Notes under the pieces: model-generated
The model's input: the letters and a program-made list of their open reading frames with translations, nothing else
Told to the model about the DNA's origin: nothing
Database searches by the model: none
Shown here: in pieces, positions 14,690 to 29,133 of the stretch
Numbering within the stretch: position 1 is the first letter of the stretch
Layout: every line of letters starts with the position of its first letter
Assembly (NCBI RefSeq): GCF_009914755.1
Contig: NC_060940.1
Length of the DNA: 64,000 bases
Reading direction: 5' to 3' (one strand)
Source of the DNA: the human T2T-CHM13v2.0 reference genome, Homo sapiens
Translations under genes and position numbers: made by a program

Positions 14690-16710
14690 TGTGGATGTAT
14701 ATGTATATATGTGTATGTGACACGTCTGTGTGCCTATATGCGTGTGTGTATATAATGTGCATATGTGTCTGTGTGTCTATATACCTGTATGTGGAGTGTA
14801 TGTGTATGTGTGTGTACTGCATATATAATGTGTCTGTCTATGTGCCTGTATGTGGAGTGTGTGTGTACTGTGTATATAATGTGTCTGTGTGTCTATGTAC
14901 CTGTATGTGGAATACATGTGTGTGGGTATACTGTGTATAAAATGTGTCTGTGTGTCTATGTACCTGTATGTGGAGTACATGTGTGTGTGTATACTGTGTA
15001 TAAAATGTGTCTGTGTGTCTATGTGCCTGTTTGTGGAGTGTTTGTGTAGGTGTGTGTATACTGTGTATATAACGTATTTGTGTGTCTATGTGCCTGTATG
15101 TGGAGTATACGCGTGTGTGTATACTATGTATATAATGTGTCTGTATGTCTATGTGCCTGTATGCGGAGTGTATGAGTGTGTATATACTGCGTATATGATG
15201 TGTCTGTGTATATGTATTTGTATGTGGAGTGTGTGTGTTTGTATACTACGTATATAATGTGTCTGTGTCTATGTGCCTGTATGCGGAGTGTATGAGTGTG
15301 TATATACTGTGTATATGATGTGTCTGTGTATATGTACCTGTATGTGGAGTGTGTGTGTTCATATACTATGTATATAATGTGTCTGTGTGTCTATGTGCCT
15401 GTATGCGGAGTATACGTGTGTGTGTATACTATGTATATAATGTGTCTGTGTGTCTATGTGCCTGTATGCGGAGTGTATGAGTGTGTATATACTGCATATA
15501 TGATGTGTCTGTGTATATGTGTTTGTATGTGGAGTGTGTGTGTTTGTATACTATGTATATAATGTGTCTGTGTCTATGTGCCTGTATGCGGAGTGTATGA
15601 GTGTGTGTATACTGTGTATATGATGTGTCTGTGTATATGTACCTGTATGTGGAGTGTGTGTGTTCGTATACTATGTATATAATGTGTCTGTGTGTCTATG
15701 TGCCTGTATGTGGAGTATACGCGTGTGTGTATACTATGTATATAATGTGTCTGTGTGTCTATGTGCCTGTATGCGGAGTGTATGAGTGTGTATATACTGC
15801 ATATATGATGTGTCTGTGTATATGTGTTTGTATGTGGAGTGTGTGTGTTTGTATACTATGTATATAATGTGTCTGTGTCTATGTGCCTGTATGCGGAGTG
15901 TATAAGTGTGTGTATACTGTGTATATGATGTGTCTGTGTATATGTGCTTGTATGTGGAGTGTGTGTGTTCGTATACTATGTATATAATGTGTCTGTGTGT
16001 CTATGTGCCTGTATGTGCAGTGTATGAGTGTGTGTATACTATGTATATAATGTGTCTGTGTATATGTACCTGTATGTGGAGTGTATAAGTGTGTGTATAC
16101 TGTATATATAATGTGTCTGTGTATATGTGCCTGTATGTGGAGTGTGTGTGTATACTGTGTATAAAATGTGTCTGTTTGTCTATGTGCCTGTATGTGGAGT
16201 GTGTGTGCGTACTGTGTATATAATGTGTCTGTGTGTATATATGTGTGTGTGTATACTGTGCAATATGTCTGTGTGTTTATGTGCCTGTATGTGGAATGTT
16301 TGCATATGTGTGTGTATACTGTACATATGATATGTCTGTGTGTATAAGGGCCTGTATGTGGAGAGTGTGTATGTGTGTGTGGTTGTATACTGTGTATAAA
16401 ATGTGCCTGTGTGTATATGTTCATGTGTGTGTGTGCACTGTGCATATAATGTGTCTTTGTGTCTATGTGCCTGTATGTGGAGTATATGTGTATGTATGGG
16501 TATAATATGTATATGTGTCTATGTGTCTATGTGTGTGTGTAGATACCGTGTATATGTGTCTGTGTGTACATGTGTGTGTGTACTGTGTATAAAATGTGTC
16601 TGTGTGTATATGTGCATGTGTGTATGTCCTGTGTATGTGTCTGTGTGTCTACGTGCCTGTATGTGGAGAATGTATGTGTGTGTGTGTGTGTGTGCACGTG
16701 CACGTGTGTG
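14690..16710. repeat. TG/TA-rich minisatellite, ~60-bp unit, ~30 copies
   Basis: Recurring unit TATACT(A/G)TGTATATAATGTGTCTGTGTGTCTATGTGCCTGTATG(T/C)GGAGTGT... Confidence 0.96.
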
Positions 16711-17344
16711 TTGTGGCTCAATGGAGGCTATACTGGATGTCTCCCCTATGTGCTGAGTATGCACTAGAATGGAACGTCTGCTTTTCTAGACCACATGAGT
16801 AACGTCAAAGAAGTTGCATTCGATCCTTATATTGAAGTTTTTTTTTAATTGAAAAACATGTTTTTATTCCAAAAGACTGAGCAGGATGGTATTTTAAAAA
16901 TAATTCAAGTAATTTAAATTTAAGACCCTAAAAAAACTGTCCAGTCTGTGGTCCAAATCTATTCTCTGGCCCAGCGCCCAAGGCATTTTCATTAGATTGG
17001 GAATTAGATACGTTTTCATTCACTTCAAACTTTTGTGCTCAGTGTTTTGTTCTTCAGAGACAAGCTCACAAGTGTCAGTGGTCACACTGACCTCAATAAT
17101 ACGCCTCCTTTCCTTGAATAATCTATTTCAGTTGCATTATTGCCACTTAAAGATGGCCTTGTACTTGCAGACACATTTTCAGTGGATGTATGGGGAATGC
17201 TGATAATTCCCCTACATGTTTTTGCCTCTAAAGTTAGTAACTTGTTTGAAGAAAATGTCCCTAACTTACTTTCTTTGAAGCCATTTGCAAAAAGAGGCTA
17301 TCAAAATAATTCTCTAATTTTTTCTTGCTATTATTAAAGGAGAT

Positions 17345-17695
17345 TGTATTAGTCTGTTCTCATGCTGCTAATAAAGACATACCCAAGAATGGGTAATTTA
17401 TAAGAAAAAGAGGTTTAACAGACTCACAGTTCCAAATGGCTGGGGAGGCCTTACAATCACGGCAGAAGGTAAAAGGCATGTCTTACATGGCAGCAGGCAA
17501 GAGAGAATGAGAGCCAAGTGAAAGGGGAAACCCCTTATAAAGTTATCAGATCTCATGACTACCACGAGAAGAGTATGGGGGAAACCGCCCCCAAGATTCA
17601 GTTATCTCCCACCAGGTCCCTCCTACAACACATGGGAATTACGGGAGCTACAATTCAAGAAGAGATTTGGGTGGGGATACAGCCAAACCATATCA
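17345..17695 (-). mobile_element. THE1 (THE1C-like) MaLR solo LTR
   Basis: Minus strand begins TGATATGGTTTGGCTGTATCCCCACCCAAATCTC and ends ...CTAATACA; perfect 5-bp TSD GAGAT. Confidence 0.92.
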
Positions 17696-17769
17696 GAGAT
17701 TTTGTCACACTATACTAAGATTTCCTTAGGTTTTAAAATTTCATTAGTGAAAATTCTACTGTTGTATCT

Positions 17770-18050
17770 TCAGCAAATAGTACTGACATATAAGTAAGAA
17801 AAAAAACCCAGTTAACTCAAAGAAAAATGGGCAAATGAATTGAACAGGCACTTCACACACACACACACACACACACACAAAATTCAAAAGACCAATCAGT
17901 GCAATTAAGGAAATGCAAATTAAAATCATAACGAGGGACCATTCCCGCAACTACCACCTTGGCCAACATTGAAGTCTCACAATAACAAGTGTCAGCATGG
18001 ATGTAAAGGATGACAGCAACTTCCTACACTGTTGGTGCTAGTTGGCTCAT
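17770..18050 (+). mobile_element. Old L1M fragment with (CA)n
   Basis: AAAAATGGGCAAATGAATTGAACAGGCACTTCAC...GGAAATGCAAATTAAAATCA typical of the L1 ORF2 3' end. Confidence 0.65.
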
Positions 18051-18549
18051 ACTTCAGTGTTGTCTATGTAATGCAGAAGGTACTTTTCAAATGATTCTGA
18101 AACCAGGTCCTTATTTTTCTTTTCTTTCAATGAAGGCAGGTGTACTTTCCCCACAAGTCTGTGATATGGTTGCACTGATAGCTTCTTACCCTTTCAGGTA
18201 CAATAACATGTTTTCATCAAAGTAATGTATCCCCTGAGTACTAATACATAAAATAGCCACATATCATGATATACCAAGCATGGTGCTTGTACACAGTAGA
18301 TGCTCAATGAACACTAAGTTGACATAAGCATATCTGTCATGTAATAAAACATTCCTGAAACAAGATGTTATCAATTGCTATATATTCTAGCCGTTCAGTT
18401 TTTGTGGATGTGTGTGTGTTTATTTTTTGTTGTGGTAACATTTATATAACATAAAATTTGCTATTTTATCCATTTTTAATTTTACAATTCAGTGGCATTA
18501 ATTACAATCACAATGAATAACCATCTAGTTGTCCAGTGTCAACATTCAT

Positions 18550-18870
18550 TTTATTTTATTTATTCATTTATTTATTTTTTGAGACGGAATCTCGCTCTGT
18601 CACCCAGGCTGGGGTGCAGGGGTGCGATCTTGGCTCACTGCAAGCTCCAGCTCCTGGATTCACGCCATTCTTCTGCCTCAGCCTCTCAAGTAGTTGGGAC
18701 TACAGGTGCCCGCCACCACGTCTGGCTAATTTTTTTGTATTTTTAGTAGAGACGGGGTTTCACCGCGTTAGCCAGGATGGTCTCCATCTCCTGACCTCAT
18801 GATCCGCCCGCCTCAGGCTCCCAAAGTGCTGGGATTACAAGTGTGAGCCTTTAAGCCACCGTGCCCAGCT
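18550..18870 (-). mobile_element. AluY-like
   Basis: CTGCAAGCTCC...TTCACGCCATTCT, GTTAGCCAGGATGGTCTC. Confidence 0.92.
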
Positions 18871-19369
18871 ACCCTCATTTTAATATGTGAATTGTTAGAG
18901 TCAACTTTTATATTTCAAATTTCTTCTTTTTTCCCTTCCTTCAATACAGCCCTTCCTCCCTCCTACATTTCATCTTTTACTATCTTTGCCAGCTCCTGGT
19001 CTCATCTGCAATCTGAGTCATGTGTACCATTATTTGTTTGGGTGACCAGCGATCTCTGTGTCAGAAGAATTTATTTTCTTCTTCAATTTGGCTTGCAGTT
19101 GTCCAGTAGCAGAAGCTGCTACATTAAACTACGGGCAGTTAAAACTCAAAAAAGTGTCTATTCTTACCAGGAATAATGTAGACTCTTGGTTTCAGAATCC
19201 TCTGAGACCTCTCACAGATAATCCAAAGTACCAAAAATGACTAGCCCAAAGTCTTAGTGAGGGTACTATGGGTACTAACTCACCAACTGTGTACAGTCCC
19301 CAAGTTAGTCTCTCTTGCTAAACAGTGAATCACTAAGCTGTGGATAATGTTACACCACAAGTGTGATAA

Positions 19370-19560
19370 AACGATAACGATGATGATAATGACAACAGCG
19401 AGCACGGAGCACTGTTAGGGGCCAAGCGTGGCTCTAAATCTGTTACGTGTATTACCTTATTTGGTCATCATGATAATCCCATGGCATATGCACAATTACT
19501 AGCCTATTTTATAGATGGGGAAACTGAGGCTCAGAGAAGTGAATCATTATAATCCCAGAA
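19370..19560 (-). mobile_element. MIR
   Basis: TTTTATAGATGGGGAAACTGAGGCTCAGAGAAGT core. Confidence 0.75.
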
Positions 19561-19694
19561 CCTTGGTCTTAGTCGCTACACCGTGACCCCAGATGAGTAG
19601 AACCCAGAAGAATGCTCTACTTTCTCATTCTTTCTGGAAGGCTGGATATTCCAAATGAAAAACAGATAGATTAGGTTAGGGACAAGAGTAAAAC

Positions 19695-20037
19695 ACACAT
19701 TCACACACATACACACCACACACACACATGCACACACACATACACACCACACACGCACACACCATGCACACACACATACACACCACACACACACACACCA
19801 TGCACACAAACGCACACACCATGCACACACGCACACACCATGCACACACACCACACACACACCATGCACACGCACATACACACCGCACACACGCACACAC
19901 CATGCACACACACCACACACACACCATGCACACACACACACCACACACACACCATGAACACACACATACACACCACACACACGCACACACCATGCACACA
20001 CACATAACACATCACACACACACACAAACACACACAC
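19695..20037. repeat. CA-rich compound tandem repeat (CACACACCATGCACACA-type units)
   Basis: Directly visible; source of the His/Thr and Cys/Val junk ORFs. Confidence 0.95.
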
Positions 20038-20997
20038 CTCTTTATGTCTTTGGGGGTCAGTGAGGGGTGGGGAGGGAGCTTGGGGAATTAGCCAGTCAGT
20101 AATAACTGCTCAAACAAAAACATCCAGAAAAAATATGGCAGTTTAGCTGGGAAGAGATTATTTTTAGCTGCTGGGCAGGAAGCTGTTGAGTATAAAATGC
20201 AGGGCTACTGAAGGATTTCAACACAAAAGGGACATAATGAAAGCTATGCTTTTAGGAAAATAAAACTGTGATCCATGAGTATGAGGGCCTGGAAGAAGAA
20301 AAGACTTGAGGTGGAAAGGCCAATGTAGAGGGGCCTACAGGAATGTGCAGGGCAGGCATTGACGGCTGGAGCTGGGGTAGTGGCATGGGGACGGAGAAGC
20401 TGACAGAGACCCTGTAGAAGCAGAACAGGTAGAGCAGTGGGTATGGAAGTCAAGTTGACTGCAAGAGTTTAACCTGAATGGCTAACAGGCCGTGGGGGTC
20501 TCATGAAGAGAAATAGGAAAGCTGGGAGAAGAAGGGAATATGGGGGCGGAAGTGCAGGCACAGAATATGAGGCCCTGGTGAGATGCACAGGGGCACTGGG
20601 AGTTTAAGTTCAAGAAGGAAGTCAGAGCCCCATGCAGAAGCAGCTTCAAAAGCTCAGGGTGGGAGGAGACGGGCTACGGCTGAGTGTTCGGTGAGAAAGG
20701 GGAGGAGCAGCAAATGTAGAAACATCGGTCACATGGACTGACGATGAAGAAAGAAGAGAGACGTCAGGACAGGTTAAAGGGGCGGAAGGAGCCAGAGAAA
20801 GTCTAGCAGAGGATAAAGGAGCCAATGTTCATAGACCAACGGGCAGACTCCAGTGGAGCAGAGAGAAAGAAAATGCATGAGAGAGAAAGGAACAACCAAT
20901 GCAACCAAAGTATGCTGGCGGAAGGCCACCGGAGTCCAAAGAGAGGGGAGCTTAGAGAGAATGACCTTTTCTCCAGCAGAGAAAGCAGAGCAGGAAA

Positions 20998-21212
20998 GCA
21001 GTTGTGGAAGCAGAACTGATTGACAACCTCCAGCTGTCTTTGCACCTTTGGATTCACCCAGCATTCATTGCAGGTCATGCTGCTCCCAGGCTGTTCCAGG
21101 CGATGACTGAGCACGGCAAAGTGCTAGAACTGCACCATTCCACCCTCAACCCCATGGGACTCCTCTAACAGGCAACGTTTGCTCAAGGACTCCTCCGTGG
21201 CCTGGCTGAGAT
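20998..21212 (+). mobile_element. LTR16-like (ERVL) fragment, copy 1
   Basis: Colinear with 22009-22220; exact 21-mer TGGGACTCCTCTAACAGGCAA shared. Confidence 0.65.
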
Positions 21213-21332
21213 GTAAAGAAAGAAGGAGAGAATCAAGAAACCTACAGATACGGAGCAGGGAGGTGAGGAATACTTAGGGAGTTCATGAGGGAAGGCTACG
21301 TCCAGAAAACAGCAAGAGTGTGGGTGTAATGA

Positions 21333-21783
<451 letters not shown>

Positions 21784-22008
21784 GGTTCTACGATTTTCTT
21801 TATAATGCACTGTGTAGGCAAGGAGCAGAGACAGAAGACACAGAGTGGATGTCACTCTGGTTTGGGAGATTGATTATGTGGCCAACAGAGGGAGAAGGAG
21901 TTAAGGTCCTTAAAAGGCAGGTTAGAAATGCAAGAAGACTAAGAGAAAAAAAATTGCCTGCTAATACTGGCCTTGGAGGTGTCCAGTTCAAATCTCCATC
22001 TAAGATAA

Positions 22009-22442
22009 GCTGCTCTGGAAGCAGAGCTGATTGGCAGCCTGCAGTTGTCTTTGCACATTTGGATCCATCCAGCATTCATTCCAGGCCACGCCACTCCCAG
22101 GCTGTTCCAGGTAATGACTGAGAACAGTGGGGGTACCAGAACTGCAGCATTCCATTCCCAACCCTGTGGGACTCCTCTAACAGGCAATGGTTGCTTGGGG
22201 ACTTCTCATTGGCCCAGGTGAGATTTTTCTCTGAATTACATACACATGGTCTGAGGCACTTCTTACCGGATCCATCCTTCCCACTATCCTTTCACAGGTG
22301 TTGGACTTGTGTAGCAGGTTGAAGCTCTCCCTGCCCACTCCAGCGCCCTTTCACTTTATGATTCACTGTAAATTTCCTGCAATACATCTCTTGCATGTCT
22401 AATTGTTTTGGCTTCTGCTTGTTGGAGGTTCTGAACTGACAC
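22009..22442 (+). mobile_element. LTR16-like (ERVL) LTR, copy 2
   Basis: 3' end CAATACATCTCTTGCATGTCTAA...GGCTTCTGCTT...GGAGG...AACTGACACA matches the recalled LTR16 terminus. Confidence 0.7.
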
Positions 22443-22920
22443 AACTGGAATTGCTAATAATTCATGGAGGGGTTAGTAACTGAAAAGTGTAGTCAGTGAG
22501 GTGTGACTACAAAGATGTGAGGCTGATGGGAAAGAATCATGGGATTCTTTTTTGAAATAATGATAGATTCATAGGAAGTTGCAAAAATAGTACAGAATCC
22601 CCTATACTCTTCACCCAGCTTCCTCCAATGGCAGCATCGTATATAAGTCTAGAAGGATATTAAAACCAAGAAATTGACATCGATATAATATTCACAACCA
22701 GTTTATATGATTTTATGCAATCAGATTCTCATCATGTTTTTGTCTCATAGAAATATTGATCTCATCTTCATTGCAAAAAGTCACTTAAGTAATAGTTTAT
22801 TTCTAAGTAAACTAGCTCTATAACTGCAAGGTTTGTAAGACACATAAATAAAGCTGCAGGTGGAAGGGGAAATAGAATATGAGAGATGTCTACTGAGGAA
22901 AGAGGTCTCCATCCACCTGT

Positions 22921-22990
22921 TTATCTATCCATCCATCCATCCATCCATCCACCCACCCACCATCCATCCATCCATCCACCCATCCATCCA
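22921..22990. repeat. (TCCA)n microsatellite at an L2 tail
   Basis: Directly visible; followed by minus-strand L2 end sequence. Confidence 0.9.
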
Positions 22991-24469
22991 TGTTTGCTAA
23001 GCCTTTCCCTAGTGTCAGGAACTATGCACTTTCTATTGCACTGAGATACGAACATCAAAATGGTAGCAGCAGCTATTGTACTTCTGTTTGGGCCCAGATG
23101 CAATGAGGAATCAGGGTGACTAGCCGGCAAAGAATATCCAGATCAGTCCTGAGATTGTTTCCACATTGGCAGTAATTCAACTGATAGCAACCTTATGCTC
23201 AACGGCTAGGATCATACCTTTTTATGAGTCATTGTAAAGTGCCAAGGGCGTTGACATATACTTCATAAATGCTAAATGATAACAAGCCAGTGAACCTAGA
23301 AGTATTGGATTCAGTATTTGAGACATTAAATCCAAGTTATGCTGTTCTAGAAACAAGGTAAACAAATAAATCAACCCCAAATCAAATAAAGCCCACATCC
23401 ATCCCCAGCCAGCACTGGGTGTTGTATGGAATGCTCTTTATGGGTGAGTGGTTATCTCATGAAGGGGCACTTGTTAGTATTTTACCTGACAGATCACACA
23501 CAATGCCTTGCCTGTGATTTGGGAGAAGAGTTTTATATCCAGTCCACAGTAGACAACAGCAACACTATATTCTTAAGGCTCCAATTCCCTTTATTTGATG
23601 CCAGAAAATAATGTCTGCTGAAGCCCTGGAGAAGAGTAACAGTCACCCCACTGAGCAATTAGACTGATCCTGGCAGGGAGTCTCTGTAGGCAGTACTGGG
23701 AGACACTGTTTGTATTTCAAAGCCAGGATTTAGTTTTCCTTAAAGACGTAAGTCTTTTTAGGGGTCCCTGTGATTCCTTGAGGGTTTAGGCACACAATCT
23801 GCAAAGCCTGAAATGCCACATAATCCTGTACTGGCTACTGAACTGGATACAGCATGGTCTGAGTGGTTTTCTGATTCACAGCCCAGAGCTCTGAACATGG
23901 CCTGGTGCTGTTTGATCTGGGGTCTCTGGGCATGGCCCCTTCTCTCTAGGAGTCTGCCGTCTTGGTTGCACATACAAACATGATTTCCTAGGACTCACAT
24001 TCCCTTAGTCATTTCACAGTGATGACACCCTGAGGAGCAAAGCCCAACTTTCCATAGCAAAAGAGCGACGGCAAAGCTCATTGCAAATTAGGAGGCGATG
24101 ACCATGACATCTCAGGGAGTGACACAGACTGACAAGATCACGCTCGAACATCGTCTAGGAGGAGATGCCATTCTTCAGTGGTCACTTCCAAAACAATTTT
24201 GCTGTCATTCAATTGCAGTCAAGGGAGGCAGAGCCAATGAGCCTACACCAGACAACTAGATCTGCCAATGAAGTATCGAGTAGAGGACTACAGAGCCAGG
24301 AATCAAAAGGTAATACAGCCATCAGATGCTGACCTTGCTACATTTTCTACAAATAGAAGATGATTCTATTTGTAGTTTCTGCCAGTTTCTGCATGGTGCA
24401 GGCCTAGCTCATCACGTTTTATAGAATTGAATGTACATGTGAACAATAGGATGTTTTCAATGTTTACGA

Positions 24470-24650
24470 TGGCGGTTCTCAAATATTACTGAGCATCCCA
24501 ATCACCTGGAGACTTCAAAAAAAGCAGATTTCTGTTCTACAACCTCAGAGATTCTGACTTGGTAGATCTGGGATGAGGAAGTTTTTAGCAGGCACTCCAG
24601 TGATGGGAGCAGATGGCCTGTCCACCATGCTTTTGGAAATCATTGCTTTA
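24470..24650. mobile_element. MER5-type hAT-Charlie MITE
   Basis: GGTTCTCAAA...AATCACCTGGAGA...CAGAGATTCTGACTTGGTAGATCTGGG...TTGGAAATCATTG. Confidence 0.65.
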
Positions 24651-25075
24651 AATCAGTGTTTCTCAGTCTTTGCAAGGGTGCAATGTAAAGAGTTTAGGGA
24701 AATAGCTTCAAAATAATCCAGTTTGAATTTCTTATTTTGCAGATGAAAAAACTGAGGGATCAAGTAACTTTCTCAAGGTCACTCAGTCACAAGTACAAAG
24801 TTAGGATGATAAGCAACATTTAATCATAGTGCCCTTTGTACCATTTCATTTGGTGAATCTCCTCTCCATCAAGTCCTGTTGGACATGTACACAAGTAAGT
24901 AGGAACTAGAATGCATTTGGATTATCATCCAAATGCATTATAATGATACTATCTAAATTATAATATAATTATAATGATGTGGATAATTTTTATATCATTG
25001 AAACAACTGGTGAGAACTTCAGTGTTGCCAAAACAAACACTAGAAAAAATGAATTCAGAAAGAAACGGCACCTAC

Positions 25076-25165
25076 CTTCTCCAAATCGAGGGTGAAGATG
25101 AAGATAGCAAGGACTCAAAGTTGTCCTGTTAACAAGCACAACGTCTGGGTTCCCCAAATCAGAGT
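25076..25165 (-). other. Candidate 90-nt spliced exon
   Basis: Acceptor tttttgctttgttatAG|ACTCT, donor GAAG|GTAGGT; unique sequence; one open frame (phase 1-1). Confidence 0.35.
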
Positions 25166-25911
25166 CTATAACAAAGCAAAAAGTAAATAGTTTCAAAAAA
25201 CTATTTTTGGTACATATTCCTGATACTGTATCAAAACAACAGTACATGCTTTCCACAAGCTGTTCTAGAGTCAAACTAGATTGAGGTGTTATAAATATGG
25301 TCATCATTTCTAGGTCAATACCTCACTTGACTTTGTGTCGCCATTGTCAGTTTAAGCTGAAGAGTTCTGTGTCTCAGCAAATTTCAGATGTGTCTTGACA
25401 AGGGCCATTGGAAGATTAGCCCATGGACTTGACTCTGAATTGTTATAATAGAAGACCCCCTCAGACATGGGATATGAAGCTCTGAGAACTTCTGACTCAT
25501 TTGTTTGGATCCCCTGTTAGAAGAGAGTGAAAACTGAATACAACCTCATTTCAAATGAATGGGAAGTCAGAGAAGGCAAGCCAAGAAGAGTGACTAGGTC
25601 TTTATGATTTCAGAGTTTGTATTTGTACTCATTGATGGGTTGATTGATTGACTCATTCATTCATTCAAGAACGATTTATGAAAACTTTTCGTGAGCTAAG
25701 CAGTTCTTCTATTCAGTAAGATGGTAGGTTTTACCCAATGTGAAACTGATTGGCTGAAAGGAGGGTAAATACCCATCATTAGTTATTAATCCTATAATAA
25801 TTTAGAAGAAAGGCCAAGGCCTAACAACCTTACAGGTTGGTTATACAGGCAAGAGCACTTAAGTGGGAGTAAAGTGGCCTGGGTCAAGTTCTGGGAGACC
25901 TTCGGCTATAG

Positions 25912-26105
25912 GAAGGTTTCTCAACTTCAACAGTAGATACTTGTGACTGAATAAATATTTTTTGGGTGTGTGGGCTGTCCTGTGCACTGTAAAATGTTTA
26001 GCAGCATTTCTGGCCTCCAGATGCCAGTAGCATCTCCCCACCCTCCAGTTATGACAACCAAACAGGTCTCCAGATTTTGCCAAATGTCCCCATTAAGAAC
26101 CACTG
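25912..26105. mobile_element. MER20 hAT-Charlie MITE
   Basis: GGGCTGTCCTGTGCACTGTAAAATGTTTAGCAGCAT...AGATGCCAGTAGCA...TGACAACCAAA...GCCAAATGTCCCC...AGAACCACTG. Confidence 0.85.
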
Positions 26106-26370
26106 GAGTACAGTAGTAACTACTATTTTTTAAGCACCTTTTAGGGGCATTGTGCCAGGGTTTAATATATATCTTCACATTCAGTCTTGACACCAGCTTT
26201 TCAAACAAGCATTCTTATTTCTATTCAAAACATGGTGAAACTAAGGTCCAGAGATGTTAAGGGAATCATCCAATATCACACAATTGGCAAGCATTGGAAA
26301 AGATTTGAGCCCAGAATTATTTGACTTCAAGGCTTATATTCATCGTTCCCTATTATTTTGCTATGACATA

Positions 26371-26674
<304 letters not shown>

Positions 26675-26689
26675 ACTATGACATATTTT

Positions 26690-28690
26690 AAGCATTTGGA
26701 AAAGTACAGAGAATAACCTAATAAAGACCTATATATTTAGAACTCCATTTTGATCACTGCTAATATTTTCTCCCTTTGCTTTATATCTATGCTTTTGGAC
26801 AATAAAATGGTATAAATGAGATGGATCTTTCTTTTAGACTTTCTCAATTCTTTCTCTCTCACTTCTTCCCCCAAATAACCATTCTACTGAGATTGCTGCC
26901 ATGCCGTTCCCGGGTAAGAGTTTACATTTTCTTACATGTACCTGAGTAGTCTCATAAATAATATATAGCACTTGAAGAAAACTACATAAAAGTACAAATT
27001 CTTGTGCAATCTCTTTTCTTTAAACTCAACGTTAAGTTTTTGAGTTTTTTCTATGTTGGAGCTACGGTTTCAATTCCTTTATTTTAACTGTGTGAGAATA
27101 AATATACCACAATGGCTTGACATTTAGGTTGTCTCCTGTTTTTCACTGTTACAAGTCACAGCGCGGGGAACATGACTGTGTATGTGTGTGTGTACACACG
27201 TGTGAGCGTTTCCCTAGGAAACACAGCTAGATGTGGGATTCCTGGGTTGCAGGATGTGCATGTCTTCAACTTTATTAGATATTGCTAAATTGCTCTCCAA
27301 AATGATTGTACTAAATTACACTCCCTCCAACACACTGTAAGATTATTCATTTCTTCACATCCTTGCCAACGTTCGGTATTTTCAAACTTTATAATGTTTG
27401 CCAGTCTGATTGGGGTGAAATAGCATATAATTATTGTTTCAAAAGCCTATGTTCTTAACCACTACTCTTACTGTCTACGCTTCTTGAAGCTTCAGTTATG
27501 TAAAATGGAGAAAATACCTTTTTCGATTTCTTGGAGTAGTAATAAATTCTCCTGGTGTAATATACGAATGCATTTTGTAAATATGAAGTGCCACCTTTGT
27601 TCATTGCTGGCAGTGGCAGAGAAAATGTGCAGTTTCTATAGCAGGCAATTTGATGAAATCTATCAAAATTTCAAATGCACATGTATTTTCTTTGAACGTA
27701 AAAAAATAATTTCAAAATTATAGAAAAGGTGCAAAAATAGTGAAGAGAATTTCTATATACCCAGATTGTCTAAACATTAACATTTTAATCACATTTGAAT
27801 TATAATATTTATGTGCATGTATATTATATGCACACGCATTATTTTTCCAATGATGTTAACTCTGACAATTTTCTATAAACATTCTGCTAAATAACCATGG
27901 AAAAGTTGTCAAAATCAAGAAATTAACATTGCTATAATACCATTACCTAATTTGTATATCTTATCCAAATTTTTTCAACTGCTTTACTATTGTCCTTAAC
28001 CGTAAAATAAATTTTTTTTTTCCTTTCCCAGGATCCAATCTAAGATCATTCATTGTACTGAGTTGTCAAGTCTCTTCAATTTCATTTAGCATGGAATAAT
28101 TCTTTAGTCCTTTTTTTCTCTTTCAGGACCTTGACATTTTTGAAGAGCGCTGGTGAGTTATTTTGAAGAATATCCCTCATTTTAGGTTTGTCTGATGTTT
28201 CCTTATGATTAGATTCAGGGTATGCATTTTTGACAAAAATAACATGGAATTGACGTTATGTGCACCATATGTCAGTTTGTCCCAATACTGGTGATGCCAT
28301 TTCGATTGCTTGGTTAGAGTGGTGTCTGCTAGGTTTCTATTGTCCTTTTTGTAATTGGTAAGTATCTTTTTGGGAGATATTTTGAGACTCTGGAAATATC
28401 CTGTTTATATCAGCATGGACTCATGGATTTAATGAGTTATACTGTGCTACTATCGATGTTTATTTTGATGCACGCTTGGCCAGTTGGGACCCCTTCATTC
28501 TTGCTCCTGATGTGTGTCTTCTGACATGTCCCCATTTTTCCGTGAGCATTTCCTTACTTTCTGGCACAATAAGATGTCCCAGGTTCATCTTCTGTTTTCC
28601 CAGCTTCTGTCCTGGAATGGGCCATTTTCCATTGAAGTAGAGAATAGTATTTAGAAACCAAGATCCGGGTGCTAGGCATGTTCTTTGTTA
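26690..28690 (-). mobile_element. Old L1M (L1ME/L1MC) fragments
   Basis: ATTGCTAAATTGCTCTCCAAAATGATTGTAC; AGGACCTTGACATTTTTGAAGAG...GGTTTGTCTGATGTTTCCTTATGATTAGATTCAGG. Confidence 0.65.
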
Positions 28691-28691
28691 G

Positions 28692-29133
<442 letters not shown>

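Noticed and set aside
14690-16710. Regularly spaced repeats superficially like a CRISPR array
   Set aside because: No unique spacers, no cas genes, eukaryotic context; it is a minisatellite
14622-16802. Many Cys/Val/Tyr/Met or His/Thr ORFs (also 19576-20063)
   Set aside because: Translations of TG/CA tandem arrays
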